A stretch of 64,000 bases of DNA from positions 62,001-126,000 of the forward strand of contig BAAIJX010000012.1 in NCBI GenBank assembly GCA_054600435.1. The letters run 5' to 3'. The translations under genes and the position numbers were made by a program. The notes beneath the pieces were generated by a model that saw only the letters and a program-made list of their open reading frames with translations, was not told where the DNA came from and ran no database searches. Source of the stretch: Neophaeotheca triangularis (Eukaryota). Below, piece by piece: positions 22,547 through 34,837 of this stretch. How positions within the stretch are numbered: the first letter of the stretch is position 1; every line of letters starts with the position of its first letter.

Positions 22547-23419
22547 ATGCTCAGTAAGCGAGCGTTCAGCGTAATCAACCCCCAAAGATGTAGTCGTCTT
22601 TATTCGTCTGCACCGTCAGACTTGCTTCAACATGTCCAAATCCTTCCAGATGCCTCGCTCGAGACCTTCCGCTCGCAAGCGTTCCACGCCTCAAAGCCAA
22701 TGCTGCTACCACGAAGCCACTTCAACGCCGCAAACATGCCGGCAATGGACACCTGGTTCAAGAGCCCAAATAATCCTGCAGAGCTAAACCACAACCATCT
22801 CTCCCCCTACGCCGACACAGTCCTACCCATCGAAATCACCTCCGACACCAACTTCGCCCGCGTCGAACAGCCCCTCTCCCTCTTCCTCCACCACCTCCGC
22901 ACTCTCAAACTACAAGACCCCGCCACCAACACACGCATGTACATCGCCCAAGCCTCCCTAGCCGACCTCCCGCAACCCCTGCAATCCGAGCTGCCCGCCC
23001 CCCTTCACGTGACACAAGCAGGCAAAGGCGACATTTACGCCAGCAGTCTTTGGCTCGGCCTTGCCCCCACCGAAACCCCGCTCCACCGTGACCCGAACCC
23101 CAACCTTTTCGTGCAGCTGGCCGGGACGAAGAGGGTGCGGCTCTGTGCTCCCAGGGTCGGGGATGGGGTGTTTGCGGCTGTGAGGGAGAGGTGTGGAGAG
23201 GGGGTTGGGTCGATGGCTATTAGGGGCGAGGAGATGATGGTTGGTGCTGAGAGGGGGGAGTTGGAGAGAGTGGTTTGGGGGGAGGGTGTGGACGGGAGCA
23301 GGTTTTGGGAAGCCGACGTTGGGAGGGGGGATGGGTTGTTTATTCCTAAGGGGTGGTGGCATAGTATTAGAAGTGTGGGGGAGGGGGTGGTGGGAAGTGT
23401 GAATTGGTGGTTTAGGTGA
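22547..23419 (+). CDS. JmjC/cupin-8 type Fe(II)/2-oxoglutarate oxygenase
   Basis: YIAQASL, GDIYASSLWLG, TPLHRDPNPNLFVQLAGTKRV, GDGLFIPKGWWHSI give an HxD...H facial triad; N-terminus looks like a mitochondrial presequence. Confidence 0.9.
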   Translation: MLSKRAFSVINPQRCSRLYSSAPSDLLQHVQILPDASLETFRSQAFHASKPMLLPRSHFNAANMPAMDTWFKSPNNPAELNHNHLSPYADTVLPIEITSDTNFARVEQPLSLFLHHLRTLKLQDPATNTRMYIAQASLADLPQPLQSELPAPLHVTQAGKGDIYASSLWLGLAPTETPLHRDPNPNLFVQLAGTKRVRLCAPRVGDGVFAAVRERCGEGVGSMAIRGEEMMVGAERGELERVVWGEGVDGSRFWEADVGRGDGLFIPKGWWHSIRSVGEGVVGSVNWWFR

Positions 23420-25423
23420 AGAGGTGGATCAGGTGGCTATATGCCATGTGTGGACGAGCAGGCAGCTTAGTGGCTGGCAAAGGGTGGCATTTACTAGTAA
23501 CTTGGGAGCGGCCTTGTGCAGTATTGTCAGGTGGGAAGCATTGCTTGGAATAGTCAAAAATTGCAAAGACGAATCAGTTTCAAGAGCGCTAGCCCGCCAC
23601 AACACCACCTGCACGAGACCTCTACATTCAACCTAATCGAGTACTTCACCTCATTGCCAGCCGCACGGCGCACGTCTACGTCCCCGTGTCTTCCCGGATG
23701 CCCTCATTAGTTCTTCCAACCACGAAGCTAGCTAACGGCTTGTGTATCTCAACCCATCGCGAGCAAGCAACAAATTGATCATTCCTCGACCGTTCTGAAC
23801 CGTGTCCAGACTCGCAACTAGCTCAGAGCACCTGACCACGAAGACCGTTATCCAAACTTTAGAATCTGAATTCACGCGAATCCCAAAAGCCTCGAGGAGC
23901 GAGAGCGACCGAAACGTCCAAGACCGCTGTGAATGGACGGTCAAGCACGCTCCCAGATTCTTGAAACCCCCGCCCTTTGAAGTAGCAATCGATTAGGGCT
24001 AGAAGTATAGCGGTACAGAAAAAGCGATTGAAAAAGTACCGCGAGCCCGCACTCGGGAAAGTGAAGCCTTAGCTTCGTCCCTACATGGCATTTGTTCGTC
24101 TTAGTACTGTCACTCACGTACATGTAGGGGTAGCGAAGAGGAAAAAAGTATTCATGACTAGCGCAGGAGGTATTTAAAAGCACTGTAGGAAGGGTAGCGG
24201 TATTAGTAGCACGAGGGACATGAAGTCGGGCGATGACTCGCAAAGATGGAGATTGCGCATCAAGTCCGGACAGCGTGCGTGCATTAGATACATGGATGTT
24301 GTGCACTACGGAAACACGTGAACCAGTCTCGCCAGGTGCGTACGCATGGGTTTCAGGAGATTCTCCCCGTTAATGGACCGACCAATGGGATGCTGTTGCG
24401 GTGGCAATGGGGGAATGTGCCGTATTAGCATTTCTACTCCTCTCTCTCAAAAGTAAAAGCCGACGGGAGGCTTTCATAGTTCGTGAAGTGCTCGCGCGGT
24501 GCTTGTGATCCCAAGCTCGCGAGAGGGCCCGAAGGACGGGATGAAAGCCGGTATACTGTCTTTGAAAGCATCCGGTATCGATCGCGATAAGGCCATACGC
24601 ATTTCGAGACATACCTGGCTTGAAATAGCAGTAGGCGACCGACTTGTGAGCTCGAGGCGCCAGTCACAGTATCAAGCGAACGGGAGGCTGCGCGAAGAGG
24701 TGTAGTAATGATTCCATTGTTCTCGATACAGTCTCAATGTAAGTGTAGCCCGATGCCGTGCCAGACCCGCCCAACGCAAGCCGGCAATCTCATAGCCCGT
24801 CCCATTGCAAGTATCTTTCAACAAGAGCGCCACAGTGGGGATGAACACATAAGACTCCGTCGATTAGTTGCGCCTGTGCGCCGCTGTGGTGAGGGAAGAA
24901 ATAAAACATGTAAACAATGGTCGAGCGAAAGGGAAGAAAGCGGTGCGTTGCCGTGCCGCTGGATGGATAAATCCATGCTGAAATGGGGGAAAAACTTTCG
25001 TGGTCACAGTGGTCTCCTGTGCGGAAGAGCTAGCGGCCAGAGTTTTGGTGTCGATGTTGGTGTAGTAATAATTCATGCTTTTGTGAATGCTGCCGGCCGG
25101 CCCCTATGGTATATAACTCCGTGGAACGCCTGCACCAGCTTTGGACCGAGCTGGTGTTGATGCAAGGGTTGGGTCGTAGGTGCTGGTGGATTGAGTATTG
25201 ATTGAGGACTTAGTACAGTGGAGTCGAGCAAAGTCGGAAGCGCCATGGTGGAGGCTCCGGTGACGATCGACTCGACCGCAACCAAAACCAAGAAGTTTGC
25301 CATTCGTTAACAGCAGTAACCACGAGGCGTTCGGTGCTACATATGCTGAAAGGCCGTGATGTTGGCCCTTTTGCTGCAATTCTCGTAATAATGTTGAACA
25401 AAAATAGTTCGAGCGAGTCACTC

Positions 25424-28400
25424 TCAACCCTCCAGTTGCTCCTTGAGCCCCTGGCTCAAGTACTCGGAAACTCTTTTGCGGTTCTTAAGGTTGAGGGCAC
25501 CATCACGCCAGGCCGAGCGCAAAGCCTTGAAGTGCAGGCTCTCATCCTTCTTGTTCTCGCTCTCGACAGAGTGGGCGAAATCCTGAGCGACGACATCGCG
25601 GATGTTGTGCTGGCTGCGCAGAGACTCCTCGTAGAACTTGGTGAGGTTCTTCTGGCCAATTTTGGAGCCTCTGTGCTCGTCATCATTGGCGTAATACTTG
25701 AACTCGTTGTACATGCGGTCGTTGAAGTTGCGGATCAAGAAGTGAGACCAGAATTGATAAAGAACCTCAAGGTCATAGGGACAGCTGCCGAAGGAGGAGT
25801 TCTCGCGCTGCCGAAGAGCTTTGAGGCGAAGCTGGACGTATGGCTCGTAGGTGACGCCAGCTGGAGCACTGTTGACGGGGGTCTTGCTGTCCTTGACCCA
25901 GAAGAGCGAAATGGACGCATCCTTTTCCTTCCGTTCAGGCGAGCGGGAAGCGTTACGGCTTCGTGTCATGGGTGACTGAGATCTGCTAGAAGTCGAGTCA
26001 CTACATAGTGTTAGCGAGGAAAGACGAATGGTGCCTGAGAATGCGAACTTACCCGTTGACGAAAGCTTCGCCGTTGACGGCAGGTGCGGGCTCCTTGGCC
26101 TCGCTGGCCTTGGCTGCATCACCGAAGACGTTCTTGGAGTCGATTGAGCCGTCAGAGAATGTTCTTGTGCCAGCAGAGTGGAATGGAGGCTGCTGCGTAG
26201 CTTTTGGGCCACCATTCTTGACGAGAACGGTGAGCATTTCGACTTGCTCATTAGGGAAGGCGTCTGGCTCTTTCGCGTCACCACCAGCAGGCTGGCCATT
26301 CATCAAAGCCCCGTTGGCCGCTGACCTAGGCTCAAAGGTACGTGGAGATTTCATCCTGCGCAGGCTGTTTTCGTCACCGTTCATGGTCGTGCCGCTCGAG
26401 GAGCCCTCGTGATGACCCGGAAAGAACGAAGGCGGGCCTCCGTTCATCATCGAAAAGTTGGAGTCGTAGGACCTACGGTCCGAATTTGGGTAAGCAGACT
26501 GTGGTACGCCCATAGGCGCTGGAGGTTGGCCGTAGTAGTGAGGCTGCGGTTGCTGGGGAATGTGGAGCTCCTTCGGTCCATCGTTCTGAGCGCCTGGCAT
26601 TCGTAGATTCACCGGTAGAATCCATTTGTCCCATCCCTCCCGTGCCCTAAGACGCTCCTTGCCGTCATCGCCAACACGGATCTCAACGACCGGTGACTGA
26701 AGGCAAACAGCCTTGATAAGATTCGCGTCGGTGGTCATGGTCTTGATGCGATGGAAGCTAGCAATCACTTCAAGAAGGACGAAGCCTTGCGAATCCATCT
26801 GCTTGCGTAGGAACTCATCCTTGAGCAGGTTGTCGAGGGAGAAGTAGTACTCAATCTGGTTGCGGACCGCGAGGCTTACGGCGTTGACATCAACAAACTG
26901 CTCGTATCCGACCGGTGCCACAGGGTACTCGTAAGGGTAAGCGGCGTAGGCAGGCATCTGAGGATGCATGGGCGATGGTTGTTGGTAGAACCTGCTTGGG
27001 TAGGTGTGGTCGATTGGTATCGACTGCGAGCGAGACGCATTTCCGCGCCATCCTCCGCGCGGGTGCTGGGGGAACCCGTTCTGGTACTGGCCGCGACCAG
27101 AAGGCATTTGAGCCGTAGCGAACTGACTAGCAGGAGAGAAATCTCCGAGATGACCGTTCGTGAAAGCATGGCTGGCGTGACCGTTGGCCATCTCTCTCGA
27201 GCCACCTCTACCACGCCCACCCCTCTTGCCACCACCACGCGTAGACTGTCCAGTCCAGTTAAACTCTCTACCGGAGTCTTTCGCTTGATCGCGAGGACCT
27301 TCAAAGCGGCTGCGGTTTTCGGAGCCGCCCTTCCCAGTCTGTGGGGTTTCGCGCGTGGATGCTTCTTCTACGTTTCCGTTGACTTCTGTTTGGGTTCCGA
27401 CAGACGTCTTCCTGGGGATCGGTTCGGGAACCTTGACGTCGTCAGTAGCAGTTGATGCGTCGACCTGCTTCGGTGACTTGATCCTTCGTCCTCCATTGAC
27501 AGAGTCTGCGGCACCAGACACGTTGGCCGTGGCTGTGGCAGCGGTGCCATTCGCAGGAGGAGCACCTTTGCGAGTCTCATGCGTGCCTTGGTTCCTAGAA
27601 TTCCTGTCGGTACGAGAATCGTTGTTTCGTTCCTTGAAATTCCCAGCGCTTGCCGCACGAGCTGGCTTCGTAGTGGAGGCGGCATTCTCGCGGCCTGCGT
27701 TTGGTCTTCCACGCTGGGAGCCGGTCGCAGTCTCCTCGTCGCCTGTTGAGCCCTCTGCACGCGCGCCGCCATTGCCACCGCCGCGCACACTGGCACCGCC
27801 ACGGCCCCTCAGGCTTCCGCCTCCTCGTGCTCCACGCTCTCCATTTGCTCCATTGCGGGTACGTCGCTCGCCTACTCCAGGGGTTTCCCACAAGATATTG
27901 GGCACCACCGGCATCGGCTTCCACTGTTGCTTCGAGCGTGGCTTGGAGGTGCCATTCTCCTCGTCGTTTTTGCTCTCGGTCGTCGCCTTCTCGGTAGCTG
28001 CAGGCTTCTGTTCCCTCTCAGGCTGCGTGTCCGGGGTAGGCCATGACTTCGAATCCTTGACCGAAGGCAGGGCAGCCTTGGCGGGCGTGTTGGCTCCAGC
28101 GCCCTCGATGTTTGACTTAGTACCTTGCTTCCACGGGTTGACAGCAGGCCGCGAGCTGGTAGGCGGCTTGGCCGGTGCTTCCTCAACCTTGGGTACTGCA
28201 TTCTTGTCGCTTTCCTGGGTCGCTTCACTACTAGGGGCAGCGGGGGCGAGAGCTTCCTTCACGGGGCTTCCAGCGCTGAGCGAGCTAGCCTTTTTGCGGG
28301 CTTCGGGTTTGGGACGCTGGTTCTCCTTTGAAGGTGCCGCCTTTGCAGCAGTGACGGGGGCAGTGGGCTTCTTGGGCGGCTCGGCCTGAGCAGGCTTGGC

Positions 28401-29006
28401 CTTGGCAGTTGTAGTGGTGTCCACCACGCGCTTCGCCCAGGGGTTGACGCTTGGTGGTGGTGCGTCGTGTAGTACTACCGGCGCCGGCTTAGGTGCGGGC
28501 TCTTTTTGCTTCTTCTCGGACTTGGCAGGTTCTTCGGCCTTCTGCTGGGCGGCATTCTGACGATCCGCACGTGCTTGAAGCCAAGAGCCCTCCTTCGGGT
28601 CTTGCGCTTTGCTCTCCTCCTGAATGGACCCTTGTGGCGCGCCGTTGGGTGCTGATGGGAACTCGCCGTCCCTGCTTTCCACCATGACAGGCGACGACAC
28701 GCTTGAATTGCGAGTCTTCACATTGTCCGTAGAGTCAGGCTTCTCCGCTGCGTCATCCTTGGCCTCTGTGGAGATACTGTCCTTCACCGAAGCAGCCTGC
28801 TCGCTGCTTGCCTTCTCCGGCACGGTCTCCTCCATCTCCTCTGCCCAACTGCTGCTCGCCATCATGTCGGACTGTGGGCCACTCACAGGTGTGGTGGCAC
28901 CCGAAGTGACCTTGCTCGACGGATCCTGCGAAGTAGAGGTGGAAGAGCGGCCCATTGCTGCTTGGGCGTACGAAAAGGAGCTAGCACTCTCTTTCACGCC
29001 AGCCAT
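25424..29006 (-). CDS. La-related RNA-binding protein (LARP1-like): La motif plus C-terminal DM15-like domain, 2 coding exons
   Basis: ATG at 29006; intron 26052-25983 (GTAAGT...GCTAAC...TAGCAG). La motif QIEYYFSLDNLLKDEFLRKQMDSQGFV..IASFHRIK; RGG tracts; PPPSVNPW motif; exon 2 LYQFWSHFLIRNFNDRMYNEFK is DM15-like. Confidence 0.9.
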
Positions 29007-31265
29007 TGCGACTTTGTAGATGTCTGGATGAGGTGTGTGATGAGCGACCGACGCTCGGTATCTTCCTGATGGAAGTACTGCCCCGTTGGGCGTGTTCCAA
29101 AGATTGTGCGGATGCGCGCCGCTGCTGTCCTTGCCCTGTCCGGAGTGGACCTGTCGCTCACCTCTCCTCACGATCGCCTGAACCTACAGCAGAATCGCCT
29201 GGGATAGAAGTCGGCTGCTGGAAGAGTTGTTCGTGAAGGAATGAACCTCGAGCTCGCAATGCCCAAAGTTAGGTCGATATACGAATTGTGTTTGGACGAG
29301 GTGCTGTTCGAAATTCGGTGCGCGGTCAAACGGTGCCAATCGGTGAGTAAGCGTGCCTGCTGCATTGGGTGTAAATTAGCTGTGATGCTCTTGGAGGTAT
29401 CGCCGAGGTCTGAAGCAGCACGTGGTGCGTTCGTTCTAGGGGATTGAGCATTTGTGCAAAGGTATTGCAGTAGCATTGGAAGCGCGAGATACCCGTTGGC
29501 TAGTTTTTCGCTCACTGTTCCTGCCTGAAGAAGGGTTCTCTAGACAGTCGAGCGGGTGAAAAGCTATCCAGAGGCAGAAAGCGAATGAGGAGTGAGTAGT
29601 ACCTTGGTAGATGGGTGTCGGAAGAGCTGTGACGCTGATGAATGCGTGTGGTCTGCAGAGAGCCGGTGAGTACGAGCGTGGTGGGTAGGTAGGATGGCAG
29701 CCTGGGAGTCGGCGTACGAGGATGGGTTTGGGTGCGAGAGAGGTTCTTGAGTGTGTCGAGAAAGAAAAGCTCACAAGCCGGGGACCGCGGCCGGAAGATA
29801 TCGCGCGTATGGCGGGGCACAGTGGCAGGGAGGAGAAAAAGCAGCAGGAAGGATGAGTGACTGCTGGCAGACCTAAGCCGCTTGTGCAAAGGACGTGAGG
29901 TGTGGGAGAAGAGAGAGGGAGGGAGAGAGAGGGTGGTATATGGGAGTCGGAAAGGGTGCAGAGAGTAGTAGTGCGTGTGAGCAGAACAGAAAATTAGGTG
30001 GAGTCGCTGAAGGCTTGAAAGTTGCAAAGCTGTGTGCAAGGACCTCCTCTCCTCTCTTCACGCACGCTCTTTAGTGCGCGTACCTGTTGTGAGTGTTGCC
30101 GGCGGGCTTTCTTAAGGTTTCTTGTATTTCATCTTCTACCGACCTACCAGCCTGCCTACCACCTCCAACACAATCCACAAACACCCGGACTGTGTTGTAC
30201 TCATCCATGGATACCTAGGTAGCCCGTCTAGGTACTGTACTCTGTACGTACATGGCTTGCCCAGCAGCCCAGGTGCTCTTTGCTTCACGCCATCCAAGGT
30301 AAGCAAGCAAGCAATAAAATCATCATCAAGAAGACCTCAACCTTGTGTCTTGGTAGAGAATTGCTGTCATGGATTTGCTACCCTCTACCCGCAGTCATAC
30401 AGTCGCTCGGTCGGCATCAAACAACGACCTGGGTCCAGCTGATGATCATTCATTACCTAGTCGGACACATGGGACTGGTAACATGAGGTTGAACTCCATG
30501 TCTTAAATGCCGTCGGTAGTCACGCCATGCGAAACTTGACCATCTGCCGCCAGCTTCTCGTGCGACTTGTAACCCTGGCGTGCCCTGGCCAACATTGTCT
30601 GCTGTCTCGGCACTCGTATGGCAGTAACATGTCTGCAACGCTTACCCGTTTCTCACGCGACACGACTGGACTTCAGGTCTGCCATGCTGTCTCGGACTTC
30701 CTCTTCCTTCTCATCCAAGATCCCACGGTGCAGATATAGCCTTTTTCCTTCATGCCACGTTGGGTTGTGAGTTTTATACGTAGGCACGTACGCATTGCAG
30801 CCCGTCCCCGTCGTGCGTCGAGTGTCACAATGTCCCAGTGCCGAACATCCTCGCTCCAGACGGCAGCCTGTGAGCTTCAAGTCGATTAAATGAATCAAAA
30901 TTTTCCCATGAGCTCCCGTCTTCCTGCATTCAATCGATACTTGGCGCGGGGTACAGTATCGGTGCCAATCTTGCATCAACAATAATGTTTTGCCAACGTC
31001 TGGGTGAGAGATACAACTCGTACCCTAATGTACCTTGCGAGATAGTCTGGCTCTACAACTCAAACTCTAGCACTAAAGGACGTCGTCGAGCTGTGAGCTT
31101 GTGATAAGCCTGTGCCTGCAATTTCAATGCTAGCGCCTTCTCGGCTCACGTACCCGAAAGCTTGCCCTTTTGGGCCAGAAAATTACATACATCGAGCAGA
31201 TACACCAGCAGCTTTCACTTGAGCCATCAGGCATTCCCTTTTGTACACGCCTGAAATTCAAGACC

Positions 31266-33512
31266 ATGGCACCCGTACGTAAGAAGCAAAGACTTTCCAA
31301 CGACATGACCGAGTTCCCAGAGAACAGCAATGACGCCCCCGCGGCAGTCGAGAAAAACCCTGCAAAACCACAAGACGAGACCGCAAAACCGGAGCAACCC
31401 AAACGATCCCTTTTCGTCCGCTCTTTACCACAGAGCGCAACCTCCCAGTCTTTGACTGAGCTCTTCTCCGAATCCTTCCCGATCAAACACGCCACTGTGG
31501 TGACCGACCCGGCAACCAAACAGTGCAAAGGCTACGGCTTTGTGACTTTCGCAGACGCCGAAGATGCTCAGCAAGCCAAAGAACAATTCAACGGCCATCT
31601 GTTCGACGGAAGAAAGCTACGTATCGAGGTCGCTGAAGCGCGCCATCGCGACGAAAAGGGCAAATCAACAGCACCCAGCAAGCCGGTGAAGGAAGCCACA
31701 GGCAAACATGGCCCAGAAGCTACGGCGCCTGCATCTTCCAAACTGATTGTGCGCAATCTGCCTTGGACCATCAAAAAGTCGGACCAGCTGGCGAAGTTGT
31801 TTCTGAGCTATGGCAAGGTTAAGCAGGCGTACATCCCGACTAAGCCTGGTGGACTGCTCGCTGGGTTCGGGTTTGTAGTGATGCGGGGCAGGAAGAATGC
31901 CGAGAAGGCTATGGAGGGTGTGAATGGGAAGGAGGTAGATGGGAGGACTTTGGCTGTAGACTGGACTGTAGAGAAAGAGACTTTCGAAAGCAAGACCGAG
32001 CAGAAGGATGACAAGGATACACAAGACGCTGTTGAGGATGGTGAGGATGGAGAGGAGGAGGAGGAGGCGAACAGAGAGCATCTGGATGGCATGTCTGACT
32101 ATGATGAGGACTCGGACGACCACGACGACGAGGAAGATGGCAGCAAGGAAGACTCTGACGAGGAAGAAGAGAGCGAGGTTGAAGAAGGCTGGTCGGAGGA
32201 CCGGTCCTCCACACTCTTCATTCGCAATCTGCCCTTCACCTGTACAGACGAAGACCTTGAAGACCACTTTCGGCAGTTTGGAGCCACACGGTATGCTAGA
32301 GTGGTCATGGACCCGGGCACCGATCGATCGAAAGGCACAGGCTTCGTCTGCTTCTACAACCGCGACGACGCTGATAGTTGTCTGCGCGAAGCTCCTCGTC
32401 GCATGTTGCCAGCCAAACCCGACACTACCAGCGGTCCGATACAAGTTGCTAACTCTGTACTCCAGAATGAAGAAAGCGATCCTTCAGGTCGGTTCACATT
32501 GGATGGCAGAGTGCTACAAGTTACACGCGCTGTGAACAAGACTCAAGCCAGTCGATTCACCGAAGAGGGCCAAGCACACCGCAATAAGCGTGACAAGGAC
32601 AAAAGAAGACTCTACTTGCTGTCCGAAGGCACCATCCCATCCAACTCGAAGACCTGGGAGGCCCTGGCGCCCTCTGAGCGCACTATGCGTGACGCGAGTG
32701 CTAAACAGAGGAAGACGCTTATCGAGAGCAATCCATCTCTGCATCTCAGTTTGACCCGACTCTCTGTACGCAATCTTCCACGTAGCATTGGCTCCAAGGA
32801 GCTCAAAGCTCTTGCTCGTGAAGCGGTCGTGGGCTTTGCGACTGATGCCAAAGCCGGCACGCGCTCCAGACTGTCGAAAGAAGAACTATCACGGGGTGGC
32901 GAGGAAATGGTCGAAGCCGAAAAGGAGCGCAAGAAACATGGCAAAGGTATCGTCAAACAAGCCAAGGTCGTCTTCGAAGCCCAAGGTGGCGGCAAAGTTG
33001 GCGAAGACACCGGTGCTGGCAGAAGCAGAGGCTATGGCTTTATCGAATACTACACCCACCGTAGTGCTCTCATGGGTCTTCGCTGGCTCAATGGCCACGC
33101 TATCGGCTACCAGGTGAAGGAGGGCAGTAAGGGCAAGCTGAGCAAAGACGAGATGCAAGACCGCAAGAAGCGCCTCATCGTCGAGTTTGCGATTGAGAAC
33201 GCGCAGGTCGTGCTGAGGCGCAAGGATCGTGAGGGCAAGGCTCGAGAAAGGTCCAAGGCCGTCCAGTCTGGCGCGGTCCCAGCCGACGGCGATGCGTTGG
33301 AGACTCCTGACGCAAAGGGAGGCAAAGGCCCGAAGGGTCAGAAGCGTAAGCGAAGTGCTTCGGACGCGCAGAGCTCCGTTGCCGGTGGCGCTGCAGGCAA
33401 GGATGCCGGTAGCAAGCAGAAGAAGCCGATGGATGAGAAGTTGGCGAAGCGGAATCATATTATTGGCAAGAAGAGGGCTATGCGAAAGGAGAGGGGCAAG
33501 GGTAAGGCCTAG
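31266..33512 (+). CDS. NOP4: Nucleolar multi-RRM protein Nop4 (RBM28)
   Basis: ATG at 31266. Four RRMs (KGYGFVTF, AGFGFVVM, KGTGFVCF, RGYGFIEY), central acidic tract, DKRRLYLLSEG and SLTRLSVRNLP, basic C-terminus. Confidence 0.94.
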   Translation: MAPVRKKQRLSNDMTEFPENSNDAPAAVEKNPAKPQDETAKPEQPKRSLFVRSLPQSATSQSLTELFSESFPIKHATVVTDPATKQCKGYGFVTFADAEDAQQAKEQFNGHLFDGRKLRIEVAEARHRDEKGKSTAPSKPVKEATGKHGPEATAPASSKLIVRNLPWTIKKSDQLAKLFLSYGKVKQAYIPTKPGGLLAGFGFVVMRGRKNAEKAMEGVNGKEVDGRTLAVDWTVEKETFESKTEQKDDKDTQDAVEDGEDGEEEEEANREHLDGMSDYDEDSDDHDDEEDGSKEDSDEEEESEVEEGWSEDRSSTLFIRNLPFTCTDEDLEDHFRQFGATRYARVVMDPGTDRSKGTGFVCFYNRDDADSCLREAPRRMLPAKPDTTSGPIQVANSVLQNEESDPSGRFTLDGRVLQVTRAVNKTQASRFTEEGQAHRNKRDKDKRRLYLLSEGTIPSNSKTWEALAPSERTMRDASAKQRKTLIESNPSLHLSLTRLSVRNLPRSIGSKELKALAREAVVGFATDAKAGTRSRLSKEELSRGGEEMVEAEKERKKHGKGIVKQAKVVFEAQGGGKVGEDTGAGRSRGYGFIEYYTHRSALMGLRWLNGHAIGYQVKEGSKGKLSKDEMQDRKKRLIVEFAIENAQVVLRRKDREGKARERSKAVQSGAVPADGDALETPDAKGGKGPKGQKRKRSASDAQSSVAGGAAGKDAGSKQKKPMDEKLAKRNHIIGKKRAMRKERGKGKA

Positions 33513-34821
33513 AGGATACATCGCCCAAGCGATCTTCTACGATTCGGCGCACTGTGTTACGGCTTTTCGTGAAGCTCGCGATCTTGTGGATCTTCTAAGG
33601 CCCAGCATCGATGGCTTCGACACGAGTGTCCGGGCGTTCTGGACATGGACGTTGGATCCTCGCTCCCGAATCTGTCAATCGCACGCTCAGCCGCTCTTCG
33701 TGGAAAGCCGGGTTCTACCTCCACGAATGCTTTCCGCCGATAACGAGGATGGTAGGGGTCTGAATACTGTATAGTTACCTAATGTTATAGAGATACTCGA
33801 GCTGACTCTTGATTGAACATGCTACATGCCGTATCACCTTTCTTTTGTGGTTTTCGGCTTACGCGCTTGCCGTACACGCAGGAGCTCGAAACGACTTCAT
33901 CCAAATTTGCTGTCGTACATATGAGCTGTTGTTCTGCACGATTCCTCAGCAACCGGCCAGGTATTTTTCTCGCTCCCAAACACAAGCCGGTCTCGGTACG
34001 TAGCGAAGTGCCCGACTCCCACGTGTATTGGGGTTTTTGTGATCGTACAGTCGTCTGACGACAGCTAGACCTAACGTATGCAGTACTATTAAATGTCGAC
34101 ATCCATAGCTCACACCATCCCCCCACCTTAACAGCTTCCAACCTACAATCTCCCCTATGCACAAATTTTCAAAAGGAGAGTGTAGTCCACGACTCGGGAC
34201 TTGATGCCTAGAAGCCTACACGTTCGAAAATACTGACGAACGCCACAAGACTTCGCTATCCATGGCGCTGGGAACAAGCCACGGATACCGAAGGTCGAAC
34301 TACCCGCTGATCGTTGCTCGAGCTACAACTATACCACGGAACGCACCGCCCGCGATCCGAAGTCACCGTTGCGGAATACTGCAGACGACCAGTGTTGACG
34401 TTGGACGCTCGTGCAGCGTCTCGAAAACCCGGATGCACTGCTGCAACGACAGCTCCCATGTGGTACCGTGCAACAACAGCCTGTCTACGGCCTCGACTGC
34501 CAACCCAAGACTACTCGACATCAGGGACAACAACATTCGGAACGGTTACCCACACGTCATGCACTCGACCCAAAAGCTGAAGAAAGCACGGAAATGGCGG
34601 TGAAAAAAGTGATATATCAATAAGTTCGAGCTGGCTGCCAGCCAGTCCTTTCGCACCCCCAACGACCACCTCTCAGCGCTGCGATCACTCCACCCCTCAA
34701 TTTTCTCCCCCATTGCGCACCTGCAGCTCCTTGACCCTCCCAATGGCAGTTTCCTGTGCTATGCTCCCCGCCCAACGGTAGGCTCTCTCACGGACGCCTC
34801 TGCATGCCTGCAGGCTACACA

Positions 34822-34837
34822 GGGGGGGGGGGGGGGG
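34822..34837. repeat. G16 homopolymer (a G13 run also occurs at 547-559)
   Basis: Read directly from the sequence; both runs are intergenic. Confidence 0.9.

Noticed and set aside
25073..25303. 76-aa ATG ORF just downstream of the LARP1-like stop
   Set aside because: No motif or other support; more simply part of a 3' UTR.
27355..28389. 344-aa plus-strand ORF and similar long antisense ORFs over INO1, DPP3, NOP4, VPS9 and VRP1
   Set aside because: Expected stop-poor antisense frames of GC-rich, codon-biased genes.
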